In this document: positions 47,635-50,932 of the stretch, in pieces | How the letters are laid out: each line of letters starts with the position of its first letter | Position numbering within the stretch: the stretch's first letter is position 1 | Source: Girardia tigrina | Lineage: Eukaryota | Direction of reading: 5' to 3' | Assembly (NCBI GenBank): GCA_001938485.1 | Contig: MQRK01223825.1 | Location: 5,564 to 56,495, forward strand | Length of the DNA stretch: 50,932 bases | The notes under the pieces: generated by a model | Databases searched by the model: none | What the model saw: the letters and a program-made list of their open reading frames with translations, nothing else | Told to the model about the DNA's origin: nothing | Position numbers and translations under genes: made by a program

Positions 47635-48610
47635 AGTTGCAGAGCAAAATTCTTGTCCGGGCAGTTGGGAAAACTCACAGAGCACATAAGTCACATTATC
47701 AATAATGCAACATTTTTTCTTCAAAAGAAAACCAGATTTTAACTTTCTGGCTCTCTGCTGCGCATTTACGTTCTTGTTAGCATTCCGGTCTGGTACTGTT
47801 TGAAATTTATATGTTTTTAAACCCACAGATTGTTTAATTTTCCGAACTGTTTTTTTGCCTTTACCGCCAGTTTTCGATTTGATAGATGAGGAATTCTCTC
47901 TAACAGAGCCTTTACTTTCTTCACATTCTGTGCACACGAAAAACCCTTTCTTCTTCCCGAACCAATTTTTCTAAAAACGTTCAAATTATCATTAAAGTTT
48001 TTAATAACGTTAGAAACTGTTTTCTGACAAACCTTTACCTTTCTGGCAATTGTTTTCTGACTTGATTGTGGATTTTCTTGAAATAAACGAATAATTAATT
48101 CGCGACTTCATATTTCTGACGACATATTCATGAAAAATGAAATTTAAAAATGAATTTTATTTTGATTTATTCAAACAACAATCTACTTGATTAGTTTTTT
48201 TATTTTGTGAATTTATGTTGGAGTTATAGAGATTGAAAGTTAGTAATATTTTTCGCACTCAGTCCTCAGACTGTTGCACACGCTATTCCATTAAGAAAGG
48301 AGGTGAATTGGGAATCATCAGAAGAGTTACTGTTGCGGATTCATAAAAAATAATAAATAAAAATATATATGTAATTATAAAAATGTTAAGTGAAATGAAT
48401 CTGCTTTGTTTTTTGTGTGTGAAATCGATTGGAAAAATTATTTTGAAATTATGTCTTGTTTAAATATTTCAAATTAATGAATTTTTGTACATGACTATTG
48501 TCACAATTTCAATATTAAAATAAAAATTAGCGATTTTCTTTTGAATTTGTGTAGGCTAATTGATTTAAAAATCAATAAAAGTTCATTTAAACGTTAATAA
48601 TAAATGCAAT

Positions 48611-49193
48611 ATGCAACGATCGTCGTATGAATATTATGATTTTCGAACGGAACAATCTGCAGTTTTTGCCGATCGACAACCGGATTGTGTGTTCGATATG
48701 ATTCAGAGTGAAATAGCCCGACGATATCATTATTTGTTGCAGAATATGCCCATGTCGAAAAAGTTCAATCGTTTACCGTTTTGTTTGGTGATGAAAGTCA
48801 ATGAAACAATTTCGAATAAAGAGAACAATTTGAATGGATGTATCAAGTCTGGTTTTAAATTCTTCGATCAGAGTACGATTAATAAAAAATGTCATCTGAA
48901 TTTGTGTTCTCATCCGTCATTTACGACTGTTGTGTCGCATAGTAAATATCCGGACGTTAAAGAAAGACAGACGCAAATTTGGTGGTTGGAGAAATTGCTT
49001 AATTTGGAAAAGTTTCAGTTGATTAATTATAATACGACTGATTTGTATAAAAACGTTAAAATCTCCATTGATAAAAGATTATAATATTACTTTTATTACC
49101 GAAATTCGAGTTGTTCCATCATCGTTATTTATGGATCATATGGAAGAAACTTTTGAGTATGAAACAGTCGATAAACGTATATATTGTAAATAA
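48611..49193 (+). CDS. Hypothetical protein (157 aa to 49084; probably extends to 49193 via a +1 frameshift in an A run)
   Basis: ATG-started ORF without TE motifs; alternative frame continues DYNITFITEIRVVPSSLFMDHMEETFEYETVDKRIYCK*. Confidence 0.45.
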
Positions 49194-49236
49194 GTATGTG
49201 ATATTGAGAACTATTCTTAATTTGATTCTTTTGGGT

Positions 49237-49590
49237 ATGTGAGGAATGTTTTGAATTGTGTTGATATTGTGCATGTTGTAAGTTGATTTGGATTGTGCCT
49301 CTCCTGCACAGATTGATGATTTATATTTTCTTTGATTCTTACTAATTAAAAATAACTTAATTTAATTTTAAAGTAAAAAGATTTAAAATAATTTTTGAAT
49401 GTATTATTTATGTTTTAATGTAATTTAAAATTTTAATATATTAATGTAATATGTTCTTTTTAAAAAAATGTTTAGATTTAATTTCAACCAATTAGATTCT
49501 TTATAATTAATAATTTTTATTAACAGATTTTCATTTATTGAAAATAATTAGTTTGAACTCAGAAATATATTGATCAAGAGAGATGTCAAA
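49237..49590 (+). repeat. Inverted dispersed copy of the 3' part of the pogo-like element at about 16003-16352
   Basis: About 350 bp of clear reverse-complement similarity, e.g. gaggaatgttttgaattgtg..gatattgtgcatg and cagattttcatttattgaaaa. Confidence 0.88.
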
Positions 49591-50470
49591 TAGTGAATGC
49601 GCTTGTGACATTAATAAATGTTGTAAACCTCAATTTGATGTTGTTAATAGGGAACAAACCAAATACTTCTACCATCTGCTAAAGATGATAATAGTGATCA
49701 AACAAATCAAAAGAAATCATATTCTACAGTTACTAACACATTTTAGTCAAATATTTTACGAGTTTGGCCCCTAAAGTGGGTTTTAGCAGATAATGGGAAA
49801 GCTATTAAATCAAAAGCATTCCAAAAGATACACAAAGAGTGGAAAGTGAAGTTGCATTTTCGATGCGCTCCCAAGTAAAGTGGTAATGGTATAGTTGAAC
49901 GGGTGCATCGGACAACAAAGTGAACAATGGCAAGAACCAGTATCAATTCACGAAATGCTGTTTATTGGTATAACGTTGCCCCTCGAACAGGAAAAATACA
50001 TCCCCACAAGAGGAGCTGTTCGGTTAATGAACCACACGTCGAATCAGGTTATGATGTTGGGGAGCAGGAATTCAGTGCTGTGTAATGTTAAAAAAGGGAC
50101 AATATCTGGTATAAATTTCAAATTTAACGTAGATATGGAAAGAATCCATCGGTAAATAAAGACATAAGGAAAGTGAGTTTGTCGACCGAAGATGTTGTCG
50201 AGTCATATGGAGATGAGTGATTCGAGTTCCGACGAGTCACAAGACGGAGAGTTGTCGGGCTAGGAAAAATATTCTATGTTTTAGGTGAAGGAACTGGAGC
50301 ACGTCAATCGATTCGACAAAGGGTATCGCCCACGTATTTAAAGGATTAAAAGTTGGCATAAAACTTAGATGAGGGAATCTAGTATATTCGTTTGAATGTC
50401 AAAATGCAGTCTTTCTTTAATCACACTGCTGTCTGGGTATGATTCAAACATTTGAAAATTAACATTACGA
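49590..50470 (+). mobile_element. Integrase and 3' end remnant of the element-B-like lineage
   Basis: EFGP..VLADNGKA..EWKVKLHFRCA..SGNGIVERVHRT..AVYWYN; purine tract AGATGAGGGAA near 50368. Confidence 0.75.
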
Positions 50471-50932
50471 TCTTGTTTATATCAATAAATCCCAAATCGT
50501 TTTAAATATAAAATATTAAACTCTAAGATAAAAACTATCCCTGTTTTCTCAGCTGTGCAAGATTTAAAGTTGGTTAAACTCAGTATTAAAAACTAGTAAA
50601 TCAAAAATTAAATTTTTTATATCCATTCCTTATGCAAACAGAACGCTACTTTACCAACAATGTTTTTAAAAATTTAATTAAAATCACATTAAAAATTAAT
50701 ATAAACTACTTATTAAGAACACCAATTTGATTTTTTATATTTTTATTTAAACAACAATTTTGATTGTCCTCAAAACAATCTTTGTCAAAACTTTCGTACA
50801 TTTGCAATCAAAACGAAAATTGATTAATGGTTTTAATTCTCATTACTTTTTTAGAAAATGGGGAAATAAATATTTAAATAAAATATTCACTCAAAACTTA
50901 TTGGATAATAATTAAAATGATAATTAATTATT

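Larger units (their letters stand above)
46790..48263 (-). mobile_element. DD37E (ITmD37E/TRT-like) Tc1-mariner transposon, defective
   Basis: SQKTIARKVKVCQKTVSNVIK; CIIDNVTYV..FSQLPGQEF; LVWHAIC; FWPDLASC..NPSNFPELRPIERYWA with 37 residues between D and E after correcting one frameshift. Confidence 0.9.

Noticed and set aside
49055-49077. 23-nt GT-AG candidate intron
   Set aside because: Splicing leads into an implausible frame; a single-base frameshift in the A run fits better

Overview
AT-rich eukaryotic genomic DNA with assembly N-gaps, dominated by decayed and nested transposable elements. These include Gypsy-type LTR retrotransposons with very short LTRs, Penelope-like remnants carrying minimal hammerhead ribozymes, several Tc1/mariner lineages (mariner DD34D, Tc1, DD37E, a rosa-like element with DD47D spacing), pogo/Tigger elements and MITEs, two MULEs, a piggyBac-type MITE and Helitron/HINE-type elements. 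Between them lie a few short host-like genes and pseudogenes (beta-tubulin, multi-ubiquitin-like, a CBP/p300-like bromodomain fragment), several apparently with 21-51 nt introns. Two signals stand out. (1) A 305-bp non-coding insertion (47330-47634, minus strand) with a 12-bp target-site duplication, whose first nucleotide is G1 of a near-canonical HDV-like self-cleaving ribozyme. (2) A compact 3.8-kb LTR retrotransposon (36375-40174) whose primer-binding site is complementary to the 5' end (nt 1-12) of tRNA-Lys(UUU) rather than a tRNA 3' CCA end, and whose RNase H motifs look DIRS-like. All calls come from manual reading, with no database searches; family names and approximate boundaries need computational confirmation.
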